A stretch of 58,629 bases of DNA. It comes from Halieaceae bacterium (lineage in GTDB: Bacteria; Pseudomonadota; Gammaproteobacteria; Pseudomonadales; Halieaceae). Below the pieces are notes generated by a model. The model saw nothing but the letters and a program-made list of their open reading frames with translations. It was not told where the DNA came from and ran no database searches. The stretch is taken from positions 1-58,629 of the forward strand of contig JAQWLX010000012.1 of assembly GCA_029247075.1 (NCBI GenBank), in the 5' to 3' direction. Shown here piece by piece: positions 34,524 through 43,099 of the stretch. The first letter of the stretch is position 1, and each line of letters starts with the position of its first letter. The translations under genes and the position numbers were made by a program.

Positions 34524-34701
34524 TAATTAAGTATCAACTTTGTTTGGATAATCAGCAAGTACTACTCGGATTTTGCTTACGGCAACCTGTTGCCGCATTG
34601 CCACAAAATAATAGCCAGTTTATGCCGGTTAAATTTAATTAGAAATACCTTATAACCCATAAATATATGATTAATAGGGAAAATTAACCATATATAGGAT
34701 T

Positions 34702-34717
34702 TGGCACGTTGCTTGCT
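34702..34717 (+). promoter_or_regulatory. sigma54 promoter for the flgB operon
   Basis: TGGCAC-GTTGC-TTGCT, ~70 nt before the flgB ATG. Confidence 0.85.
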
Positions 34718-34785
34718 CTATTCAAGTATGAAATGCCGATAAAAATGTAAATCGGCTATTAACTAAGGAACTTTAGGGGAAAAAA

Positions 34786-35175
34786 ATGCCATTGTTAGAT
34801 AGAGCATTAGGAATACACCAGCATGCACTGCCACTGCGTAATGCAAGGATATCGACCTTGGCAAGCAACATCGCCAATGCAGATACACCTGGGTTCAAGG
34901 CTAAGGATATTGACTTCAAAAAAGCTATTAAAGCTCATATGGGTCAGGGCGCTATGGCTGTCACTAACAAGAAACATTTTCGCCATCCCTCGGTTGCAAA
35001 TGGTTCATTCCCAACTTTCTTTGAAAAAGCGCTTAACCCGAGTCCCGATGGAAATACCGTAGAAATTGGTGTCCAGCAAGCCAAGTTTGGTCGTGCGGCG
35101 GGCCGCTATGAAGCAACTATAAATTTTATAGAGGGTCGTATTAGCGGAGTTCGCAAGGCGTTAAGGGGGGAATAA
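34786..35175 (+). CDS. flgB: flagellar proximal rod protein FlgB
   Basis: 129 aa. N-terminus LRNARISTLASNIANADTPGFKAKD. Confidence 0.93.
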   Translation: MPLLDRALGIHQHALPLRNARISTLASNIANADTPGFKAKDIDFKKAIKAHMGQGAMAVTNKKHFRHPSVANGSFPTFFEKALNPSPDGNTVEIGVQQAKFGRAAGRYEATINFIEGRISGVRKALRGE

Positions 35176-35178
35176 ATT

Positions 35179-35604
35179 ATGAGTATTGAAAATAATATGA
35201 ACGTAGCGGGGAGTGCCCTCGCCGCACAAATGGTTCGACTTAACGCCATCGCTTCAAACATCGCTAACGCAAGTGTGTTAGCTGGTTCAGAGGAAGAGGC
35301 ATTTCGGGCTAAACGTGCTGTTTTTCAATCGATTGTCGGTGAGTACGTTCAGAAATATGGAAAAGAGTTGGAAGGTGGGGTCGTGATCGATGAAATCGTA
35401 GATGATCCAAGTGCAGTAAAAAAGCTGCACCAGCCCTGGAACGAAGTCGCAGATAAGGATGGCTATGTATACGCATCTAACGTGAATGAAATTGAGGAAA
35501 TGGTCGAAATGTTGGCCGCCTCCAGAAGTTACCAGAACAACGTTCAAGTCATTACAACGTCGAAAGAACTTCTCCTTCGCACCCTTGATTTAGCGAAGGC
35601 TTAA
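35179..35604 (+). CDS. flgC: flagellar proximal rod protein FlgC
   Basis: 141 aa. RLNAIASNIANA and C-terminal EEMVEMLAASRSYQNNVQVITTSKELLLRTLDL. Confidence 0.95.
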   Translation: MSIENNMNVAGSALAAQMVRLNAIASNIANASVLAGSEEEAFRAKRAVFQSIVGEYVQKYGKELEGGVVIDEIVDDPSAVKKLHQPWNEVADKDGYVYASNVNEIEEMVEMLAASRSYQNNVQVITTSKELLLRTLDLAKA

Positions 35605-35620
35605 ACATAGAGGATAGATT

Positions 35621-36316
35621 ATGCCTAGTACTGTACAACAAGCTGCGACCAGTTTTTTGACCTCTGACTCTTATGAGGCACAGCAGCGCGCCAAGTTAAC
35701 TCAGACAGAAGAAGATTTGGGAAGAGATGCATTTTTACAATTATTTACCACCCAGCTTCAAAATCAAAACCCGCTCGATCCTATGGAGAACGAGGCATTT
35801 GTGTCTCAGTTAGCCCAGTTTTCATCTCTGGAAGCGATGAAAGGAATGCAGGCCTCATTGGAGGATGTGTCATCACGAATGCGTGATGATCAATTTTTAG
35901 CTGGAGCAAACCTCCTTGGCAAAAAGGTTTCACTAGAGGGAGGGTTGGTTGTTGCGGGTGAAGGTATCCCGGGGCAAGGAACATTAAATTTACCCGAGGG
36001 CGCTGATGCAATTATTTTTAGCGTCTACGATCGAGATTCAGGGGAGTTGGTCGATCGCGAGGAAATGGGTGCTCATAGCCCGGGTATGTTGCCATTGGCC
36101 TGGGATGGAACGGATAGCGGAGGCAACCCTGCGCCTTATGGAAACTATGTTATGAGCGCAACCATTGTCAAAGACGGAGCTTTGGAACCTATAGCGGTTA
36201 AAACTTCGTCTACAGTTCGTGCGGTCAATTGGAATGCAGAAGCCCAATCGATAGAAGTAGAAGTCGATGGGGGATTAGTGCTCAGTCTCGAAGAGATGAG
36301 TCGAATAGAAATTTAA
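35621..36316 (+). CDS. flgD: hook capping/scaffold protein FlgD
   Basis: 231 aa. DAFLQLFTTQLQNQNPLDPM motif. FlgD Ig-like C-terminal part. Confidence 0.93.
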   Translation: MPSTVQQAATSFLTSDSYEAQQRAKLTQTEEDLGRDAFLQLFTTQLQNQNPLDPMENEAFVSQLAQFSSLEAMKGMQASLEDVSSRMRDDQFLAGANLLGKKVSLEGGLVVAGEGIPGQGTLNLPEGADAIIFSVYDRDSGELVDREEMGAHSPGMLPLAWDGTDSGGNPAPYGNYVMSATIVKDGALEPIAVKTSSTVRAVNWNAEAQSIEVEVDGGLVLSLEEMSRIEI

Positions 36317-36341
36317 ATTTTAACGGTCGAGGAAACGCCAA

Positions 36342-39290
36342 ATGTCATTTTATACCTCATTAACAGGATTAAACGCAGCCACTACCGAGCTTGCGGTAAC
36401 CTCAAACAACATTGCTAACGCCGGAACCTCCGGTTTTAAACGATCCGATGCTGACTTCGGTGACATTTTCGCAACGTCACCTTTGCAGCGTGCGGCGAGT
36501 GTGATCGGTGCCGGGGTATCGCTTAAATCGGTGTCTCAGGAATTCAGTCAGGGAAACATTGAGTTTTCAGCGAACTCTCTGGACCTGGCGATTACCGGTG
36601 ACGGTTTCTTCGCATTGGAATCTCCAGACGGTACCAAGATATTTACGCGTAACGGTGGTTTTATGCTCAACGAGCAAAACCAGATGGTTAACGCGGCGGG
36701 TCAGGCCTTGATGTCATTGCCGGTTGACTCGACAAATACTGCGGATTTTAGTGCGCCTCTGACTGCGATGACAATTCCAAGACAAACGGTTGCAGAATTT
36801 AGAGCGACTACTAGCGTGGAGTTGGGTCTTAACCTGCCATCTACTAGCGAGCCGATTACAGAAATCTTTAATCCGAATAATCCAGAGACTTACCACAAAA
36901 CAACTTCTTTGACGGTGTATGGAGCTTCAGGTTCGAGCCACCTTGCAACGATTTACTATGTGAAGACCGGAGAAGCCACAGCGGCTGATCCATTCAACAA
37001 ATGGCAGACGCACGTTTACATTGATGATCAAAAGGTGACACCTCGCCTGATTCAGTCCGCTGATACTGCGGGTGATAAATATTACGTTAACAAGTACGGA
37101 GAATTGAAAACTGAGTTGGAATTATTGGCGTTGCAGCGAACCAGTGCAGAAAGTGAAAAATATTTGATTACGACCGGTACGCAGTACAAGAAATATTCTT
37201 ACGATCAATTGTCAACTCCGATCAACTCGCAGCCCGCTGCGGTTGAAATGAAGATACCGGCCACATCGCCTTATACCGATAACTTGAATCTGACAAATAA
37301 CCAGGACGGTGTGGACTTTTCAACTTTTACACGAGCAAATTTGAAAGACATGTTTAATCTAAGCATTGATGGCTCTCCATTAGTATCGATAGGTTTAGAG
37401 CATTTAGCGGGAGATGCGCTTAAGCTTTCAGGTAACCAGATCGCGTTTGAACTCCAGAATGTTTTAAACAGCCGTTTCGGGGATGGAAAACGTTTTGATT
37501 TTGGTGCTGCGGCGACTGATGCTGAAGCCGCGCTAGGGAAAATAACGTTATATCGAGAAGCTCCCGTTTGGACAGGGGCGGCATGGTCAGTCCCGAAAAA
37601 TATCACCTTAGATCTTAGGGCACTTGTCGCGGCAGCGGGCGCAACTTACAACGTTGATGCCAATGGTGAGGTTCCTCCAGAGGAACTTGCCGAGATAATC
37701 ACAACCGCACTTGATGCGAACGCTGCATCTGGTAACAAAGATTTTGAGGACATAGAAGTAATCTATGACTACGAGAATCTGGGTTTCCGGTTTACACAAG
37801 GCGGGACCAAAAAAGATAATATATACGTCGCAAGCACAGCCGGGTCGGGAACTAATTCCTTGTTCGGTGTCAAAGAAATCACTGTTCCGACTGGCGGTGA
37901 TGTTGCAGAAGATAACCCGCCAACTTACGGCACGCTACTGCCTCCGCTCGATAGCAACCAGGCAATCACTTTATTAGGCAACGTCCTTCCAAATGGAACT
38001 GGGGAACGTGCTTTAGCTGACCAACGCTATGGCCTTCAGGTGTCATATGCGGACGGTCAGTTTAATATCACGTCGGGCCAAACCGGTGATACATCCAGTA
38101 TCCAGGTGACAGTAAATAGTACGACTGCTGGAACCCCTCCCGTTACAACTTTGAGCCCGGCTTCACTGTTAGCAACAGATTTGCTAGGGATTAATGCAAA
38201 CGGACATGAAGTTTCTCCGCAGGTCTCGACGATAGCGAACTTACCTACAATACGTGGTCAGGCATCACAGGCTGCGGTAGTTCATGGTGGTCCGATGGGG
38301 GTTGATCCCTCAGCATCTTTCGCGGTGACACCAGCTAATAGAACATTAACCTGTATTGTCGATGGTATTTCTTCCCAGATTACGCTGACAGAAGGTCAGT
38401 ACTCGATCGGAACCTTCACAACGCACTTACAGGAAAAGATTAACCTGATGGCGGACGGTCTTGGACGAAGTGTATCGGGCATTACCGTCGGGTTTGATGA
38501 TGCCACCGAGCAACTAATTGTTACAGGTGGTACAGCTAAGTCAGATTCATTTATCCAGATCGCAGGTTCTTCAGACTGGGGACTTGATAACGTAGAAGCC
38601 GCGTTTGCAAAGGTATCAACCTACATTCAGTTGTATCCAGATCAACAGGGAAGTGCTGATGTTTACGTTGCACAGGACACTGACGGAAATTGGGAAGAGA
38701 CTACCGATAAAGGTGAATTTGATGAACAGGACATTCCTTATTGGACACCGATCTTCTTGGATCGTGGTGAGCTGACCTTTGATACATCGGGTACCTTGGT
38801 ATCACCGATGGGCGGTGCAGAACTTCAAAGTGATGGCATCACCGGAACATCAATTGCGGTCGCGTACGATGGAAGTACTCAGTTTAACAGCCCCTTCGCT
38901 GTATTAAGTCAGAACCAGAATGGTGCGGCTGAAGGAGATTTGGTTGGCGTTAACATCGGCGATAACGGATTGGTGGTTGCCAGTTATTCAAACGGATCCC
39001 AGAAGTCTCTCGGTAAGATCATTATTGCGAACTTTGCCACGCCGAAAGGTCTGCGTCAGATTGGTGATGCGAGCTTCTTCGCGACCTCTGAATCTGGCGA
39101 AGCGGCATACGGAGAACCCGGTGCGGCAGGTTTCGGAACACTGAGAGCCGGTGCACGAGAAAGATCAAACGTGGACTTGACCGGTGAACTGGTTGACCTA
39201 ATCACTGCGCAACGGAACTTCCAAGCTAATGCCAAGGCGATTGAGACGAGTTCTTCGTTGACGCAAACCATCATTAATATCCGCGGATAA
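36342..39290 (+). CDS. flgE: flagellar hook protein FlgE, giant form
   Basis: 982 aa. N-terminus MSFYTSLTGLNAATTELAVTSNNIANAGTSGFKRS. C-terminus SNVDLTGELVDLITAQRNFQANAKAIETSSSLTQTIINI. A ~600-aa central insertion. Confidence 0.93.
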   Translation: MSFYTSLTGLNAATTELAVTSNNIANAGTSGFKRSDADFGDIFATSPLQRAASVIGAGVSLKSVSQEFSQGNIEFSANSLDLAITGDGFFALESPDGTKIFTRNGGFMLNEQNQMVNAAGQALMSLPVDSTNTADFSAPLTAMTIPRQTVAEFRATTSVELGLNLPSTSEPITEIFNPNNPETYHKTTSLTVYGASGSSHLATIYYVKTGEATAADPFNKWQTHVYIDDQKVTPRLIQSADTAGDKYYVNKYGELKTELELLALQRTSAESEKYLITTGTQYKKYSYDQLSTPINSQPAAVEMKIPATSPYTDNLNLTNNQDGVDFSTFTRANLKDMFNLSIDGSPLVSIGLEHLAGDALKLSGNQIAFELQNVLNSRFGDGKRFDFGAAATDAEAALGKITLYREAPVWTGAAWSVPKNITLDLRALVAAAGATYNVDANGEVPPEELAEIITTALDANAASGNKDFEDIEVIYDYENLGFRFTQGGTKKDNIYVASTAGSGTNSLFGVKEITVPTGGDVAEDNPPTYGTLLPPLDSNQAITLLGNVLPNGTGERALADQRYGLQVSYADGQFNITSGQTGDTSSIQVTVNSTTAGTPPVTTLSPASLLATDLLGINANGHEVSPQVSTIANLPTIRGQASQAAVVHGGPMGVDPSASFAVTPANRTLTCIVDGISSQITLTEGQYSIGTFTTHLQEKINLMADGLGRSVSGITVGFDDATEQLIVTGGTAKSDSFIQIAGSSDWGLDNVEAAFAKVSTYIQLYPDQQGSADVYVAQDTDGNWEETTDKGEFDEQDIPYWTPIFLDRGELTFDTSGTLVSPMGGAELQSDGITGTSIAVAYDGSTQFNSPFAVLSQNQNGAAEGDLVGVNIGDNGLVVASYSNGSQKSLGKIIIANFATPKGLRQIGDASFFATSESGEAAYGEPGAAGFGTLRAGARERSNVDLTGELVDLITAQRNFQANAKAIETSSSLTQTIINIRG

Positions 39291-39313
39291 ATGAGTTAGA
39301 TAGGTAACCGACA

Positions 39314-40087
39314 ATGGACAGACTAGCTTATACAGCACTTTCAGGAGTCTTGGCGCAAGGTTATGTCAGAACCCAACTAGCGCACGAACTTTCTAACGTC
39401 TCTACACCTGGTTTTAAAAAAGGTGGTGGTGCAACACTCGAGTTTAGAGAGGTTATTGGAGAAGGTTTTCCCACTCGATATCAGCCTGTTAACAATATGG
39501 CCGACGGTTCAGTGGATCTATCCCCTGGTGCCCCGATGATATCAACGGGTAACGAAATGGATGTTGCTATGAACTATAAGACGGTCATGGGAATTCAAGC
39601 TGAGGATGGAAGTGTGGCATTTACTCGACGTGGCGACATGCGTGTTACGGCAAGTGGTGTTGTGGAGCTTGGGAACGGTTTAGTTGTTCTAGGCGATGAT
39701 GGTGGGCCACTTACAGTGCCGCCTGGCGTTAGAATAACTTTTGGTAGGAATGGCGGTGTCTATGCCGCCAATCTTGATAATCGAGAAGAGCAACCTCAAT
39801 TGATAACAAACTTAATGCTTCGCGATGCAAGTCAAGCAGGTTTGGTTAGACGTATGGACGGACTTTACGAATTACCCACCGCAAAGGGCGCTGGTGGAGA
39901 CTTTGAAAGTGGTCCAAACAAGATTGAGATTGAGTCCGGGCGTCTTGAGAGTAGTAATGTGAGCCCGATTGAGGCACTCGTGTCACTAATGGAATTTAAT
40001 CGATCTTTCGAAACCCAGATTAAGGTAATCAAGAGTGTGAGTGAACTTGATTCAAGTGGTCAAGATTTGATGAAACTGCGGGCTTAA
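39314..40087 (+). CDS. flgF: flagellar proximal rod protein FlgF
   Basis: 257 aa. LSNVSTPGFKK and C-terminal SNVSPIEALVSLMEFNRSFETQIKVIKS. Confidence 0.93.
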   Translation: MDRLAYTALSGVLAQGYVRTQLAHELSNVSTPGFKKGGGATLEFREVIGEGFPTRYQPVNNMADGSVDLSPGAPMISTGNEMDVAMNYKTVMGIQAEDGSVAFTRRGDMRVTASGVVELGNGLVVLGDDGGPLTVPPGVRITFGRNGGVYAANLDNREEQPQLITNLMLRDASQAGLVRRMDGLYELPTAKGAGGDFESGPNKIEIESGRLESSNVSPIEALVSLMEFNRSFETQIKVIKSVSELDSSGQDLMKLRA

Positions 40088-40113
40088 GGCTCGTAACAAG
40101 GAGGAGTAAGTAA

Positions 40114-40899
40114 ATGGATGCATCAATGTGGGTAGCCAAGACGGGCCTGACTGCGCAATCAACCAAGATGACAGTGATTGCCAACAATTTAGCGAACGTC
40201 AACACGGTTGGTTTTAAGAAAGACCGTGCCATGTTTGAGGAACTGTTGTACCAAACAATTGCTCAGGCTGGTGGTCAGACCGACGCAACCAATGAAGATC
40301 CTACAGGATTCATGCTTGGAACAGGTACGAGAATTATTTCTACCGAGAAAATTCATTCACAGGGCAATATGATCTCCACTGAAAATTCATTTGACCTGGC
40401 AGTTTCCGGCGATGGATTTTTTGCGATTACGCAACAAGATGGAACCTATGCTTACACTCGAGACGGTTCATTTAAAATTTCGTCAGAGGGTCAGGTGGTG
40501 ACTACAGGAGGTCAGCCACTTTTCCCCGCAATAACTATTCCAGTTGATGCAGCAAGCATAACGATAGGTAGAGATGGGACAGTCACTGCAGAACTTGCTG
40601 GTGGTGGTGGCTCGACGCAGTTAGGTTCAATTCAGCTTTCTCGATTTCTAAATAAGTCTGGTTTGATGCCAATGGGAAGAAATTTATATGGTCAAACTGA
40701 AGCCAGTGGTATTGCAGAAACAGGTGTTCCTAGCGAAAACGGATTCGGTGGATTGGTTCAAGGGATGTTAGAGGCATCTAATGTCAATGTGGTTGAAGAG
40801 ATGGTCAGCATGATTGAGACGCAGCGAGCGTATGAAATCAATTCTAAAGCAATCTCCGCTGCAGATGGCATGCTCCGGTTCTTAAACAATAATTTATAA
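40114..40899 (+). CDS. flgG: flagellar distal rod protein FlgG
   Basis: 261 aa. ANNLANVNTVGFKKDRAMFEEL and SNVNVVEEMVSMIETQRAYEINSKAISAAD. Confidence 0.96.
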   Translation: MDASMWVAKTGLTAQSTKMTVIANNLANVNTVGFKKDRAMFEELLYQTIAQAGGQTDATNEDPTGFMLGTGTRIISTEKIHSQGNMISTENSFDLAVSGDGFFAITQQDGTYAYTRDGSFKISSEGQVVTTGGQPLFPAITIPVDAASITIGRDGTVTAELAGGGGSTQLGSIQLSRFLNKSGLMPMGRNLYGQTEASGIAETGVPSENGFGGLVQGMLEASNVNVVEEMVSMIETQRAYEINSKAISAADGMLRFLNNNL

Positions 40900-40910
40900 G
40901 GTCATGAGAC

Positions 40911-41597
40911 ATGAATAAATTTTTATTAATTCTCATAATGGTAACGTTAATTTCCGCTTGCGGGACAATGCCCCCAACCGCTGACCGATTTGCAAGATCT
41001 GCCGTTGGTGCGCCGGTACAGGTTGAAGCCAAGCCTAGTTACGCAACAGGCTCAATTTTTACTAACGGAACAGACTTGTATCCGACTACGCGGACATACC
41101 AGGCGGGTGAGTTATTTATCGGTGATTTGATCACAGTAGTACTTACGGAGACTACAAATTCAACTAGAAGTTCTGGTGTGACGGCTTCAAGAAATTCTAC
41201 TAACGATGTGCTGGGCGCATCACAGGCAGGAGCAATCCTACCAAGCAGTTCCTTTTTTGAAAACTTTGGAATGGGTGGTGCGAACATAACCCATTCTGGT
41301 ACGGGAACCTCGGGGCAGGCCGCCACCTTGACAGGACAAATCGGCACTGTCGTTACAGATGTTCTACCTAATGGGAATTTAATTATAGCTGGTCAAAAGC
41401 AGCTTTCCTTTACCGAAGGAACTGAGTTTATACAGATATCAGGAATCATTCGGCCTGAAGATGTGCAACCAAATAATACGATTTTATCTACCAGGATTGC
41501 GCAGGCAGAAATTTCATATAGTGGTACAGGAGCATTATCGGATGCTGCCAAACCAGGATGGATGACTCGAGTGTTGTTCTCTGTTTGGCCATTTTAG
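40911..41597 (+). CDS. flgH: flagellar L-ring lipoprotein FlgH
   Basis: 228 aa. Lipobox LISAC. GDLITVVLTE...NGNLIIAGQKQL...ISGIIRPEDV pattern. Confidence 0.95.
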   Translation: MNKFLLILIMVTLISACGTMPPTADRFARSAVGAPVQVEAKPSYATGSIFTNGTDLYPTTRTYQAGELFIGDLITVVLTETTNSTRSSGVTASRNSTNDVLGASQAGAILPSSSFFENFGMGGANITHSGTGTSGQAATLTGQIGTVVTDVLPNGNLIIAGQKQLSFTEGTEFIQISGIIRPEDVQPNNTILSTRIAQAEISYSGTGALSDAAKPGWMTRVLFSVWPF

Positions 41598-41607
41598 GGG
41601 GCTAGTA

Positions 41608-42762
41608 ATGTTAAAAGAAAAAATAATTCATATTTGTTTGGTGGCGCTTTTTTTTGCAGCACCTATACAAGCAGATCGGGTAAAAGACCTAGTTGATATC
41701 GGTGGGGTGAGAAGCAACCAATTAATTGGTTACGGGATAGTTGCAGGGCTTGCAGGAACCGGTGATGGTAAGGATTTGCCTTGGACTGGTCAGTCAATGA
41801 AGTCACTATTATCCCGTCTTGGAGCTAGTGTTGATGGTCCTGTGTCGGACTACGATTTAGATGGTTTGAGAGCGATTGCGGGGCAGAATGCAAATAAAGA
41901 CATTAAGGTAGAAAATCTTGCTGCGGTAATGGTTACTGCTGACTTACCTGCCTTTGCTAAACCTGGTCAACGATTTGATGTCAATGTATCTACGATGGGT
42001 AAAGCATCGAGCTTGCGAGGTGGTACCTTGATTATGACCGAGATGAGAGGTATCGATGGGCAAATCTATGGGCTTGCGCAAGGTCCTTTGACGGTCACTG
42101 GAATATCTGCTGATGCGGCAGGAACCAGCGTGGAAATAGGCGTCGCTACCGCTGGTAGAATTCCGAACGGAGCCATTGTGGAGCGAGCAGTGGAGACCCC
42201 GTTTACTTCTTCAGATCATCTTGTTCTTAATGTCCGAGATGCGGATTTTTCCACTACTAATGCAATAGCGGGGGCGGTTAATAACGAATTCGGTGCTGGC
42301 ACTGCGGTGGCAGTTGACGGAGTTTCAGTGGCTATTAGAGCACCAGATCAACAGAGTGCTCGCGTGGCTTTCATGAGTGCCGTACAGGATCTAGAAATCG
42401 AGCCAGGACAGCCAGCAGCTCGAGTAATTGTTAATGCACGAACCGGGACAGCGGTAATCAATCGATCGGTGAAGTTAAGTGCTGCTGCGGTATCTCACGG
42501 TACAATTTCCGTGAAGATAGATACATTTAACCAGGTTACGCAAGCACAGCCCTTTGCTCCAGCTGGAGATCAGGTAGTCCAGAATGCAGAGGTTACAGTG
42601 GAAGAACAGGAGGGCGACATGTTCGTGTTTGATGAAAGTGTAGAACTACAGGATATCGTTGATGCAATTAATGCGGTTGGTGGAACACCTTCTTCACTTA
42701 TCGCAATTTTAGAGGCACTAAAACGCTCCGGCAGTCTCAAGGCCGAGTTGATAGTGATTTAA
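41608..42762 (+). CDS. flgI: flagellar P-ring protein FlgI
   Basis: 384 aa. Signal peptide, then RVKDLVDIGGVRSNQLIGYGIVAGLAGTGD. C-terminus LIAILEALKRSGSLKAELIVI. Confidence 0.96.
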   Translation: MLKEKIIHICLVALFFAAPIQADRVKDLVDIGGVRSNQLIGYGIVAGLAGTGDGKDLPWTGQSMKSLLSRLGASVDGPVSDYDLDGLRAIAGQNANKDIKVENLAAVMVTADLPAFAKPGQRFDVNVSTMGKASSLRGGTLIMTEMRGIDGQIYGLAQGPLTVTGISADAAGTSVEIGVATAGRIPNGAIVERAVETPFTSSDHLVLNVRDADFSTTNAIAGAVNNEFGAGTAVAVDGVSVAIRAPDQQSARVAFMSAVQDLEIEPGQPAARVIVNARTGTAVINRSVKLSAAAVSHGTISVKIDTFNQVTQAQPFAPAGDQVVQNAEVTVEEQEGDMFVFDESVELQDIVDAINAVGGTPSSLIAILEALKRSGSLKAELIVI

Positions 42763-42764
42763 TT

Positions 42765-43091
42765 ATGGAAATTTCTTCAGATCATTACGATTTTAAAGGA
42801 CTGGGCGAACTTCGGGCGCGAGCCGATAGTCGCTCAGAAGAATCAGCACGCGAGGCCGGAAAGCAGTTTGAAGCTATGTTTTTCAAGATGATGCTTAAGT
42901 CTATGAGAGAAGCTTCCGAGCCCTTGAAGAGTGACTTATTTGATAGCGCGGCGATGGATAATTATACAGAGATGTTTGACGCCCAAGTTTCCCAGGCGAT
43001 GGCGCAAAGAGGTTCTTTGGGTGTCGCTGATTGGCTTGTACAGCATCTTAATACAGTAGGAGCGATCCGCAGTAATGGATCAGATGATTAG
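42765..43091 (+). CDS. flgJ: FlgJ, rod-binding domain only (no peptidoglycan hydrolase domain)
   Basis: 108 aa. AREAGKQFEAMFFKMMLKSMRE...MFDAQVSQAMAQRGSLGVADWLVQHL is the rod-binding domain. The ORF stops at 43091 and flgK begins at 43100. Confidence 0.88.
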   Translation: MEISSDHYDFKGLGELRARADSRSEESAREAGKQFEAMFFKMMLKSMREASEPLKSDLFDSAAMDNYTEMFDAQVSQAMAQRGSLGVADWLVQHLNTVGAIRSNGSDD

Positions 43092-43099
43092 CTAGTACT

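Noticed and set aside
34722-34742. A perfect classical FliA -10 box, GCCGATAA (34735-34742), with TCAAG (34722-34726) just downstream of the flgB sigma54 promoter.
   Set aside because: TCAAG is only 8 nt from the -10 box, and no TAAAG lies at the spacing used by the four other sigma28-type promoters. It is probably fortuitous, but it could be checked by TSS mapping.
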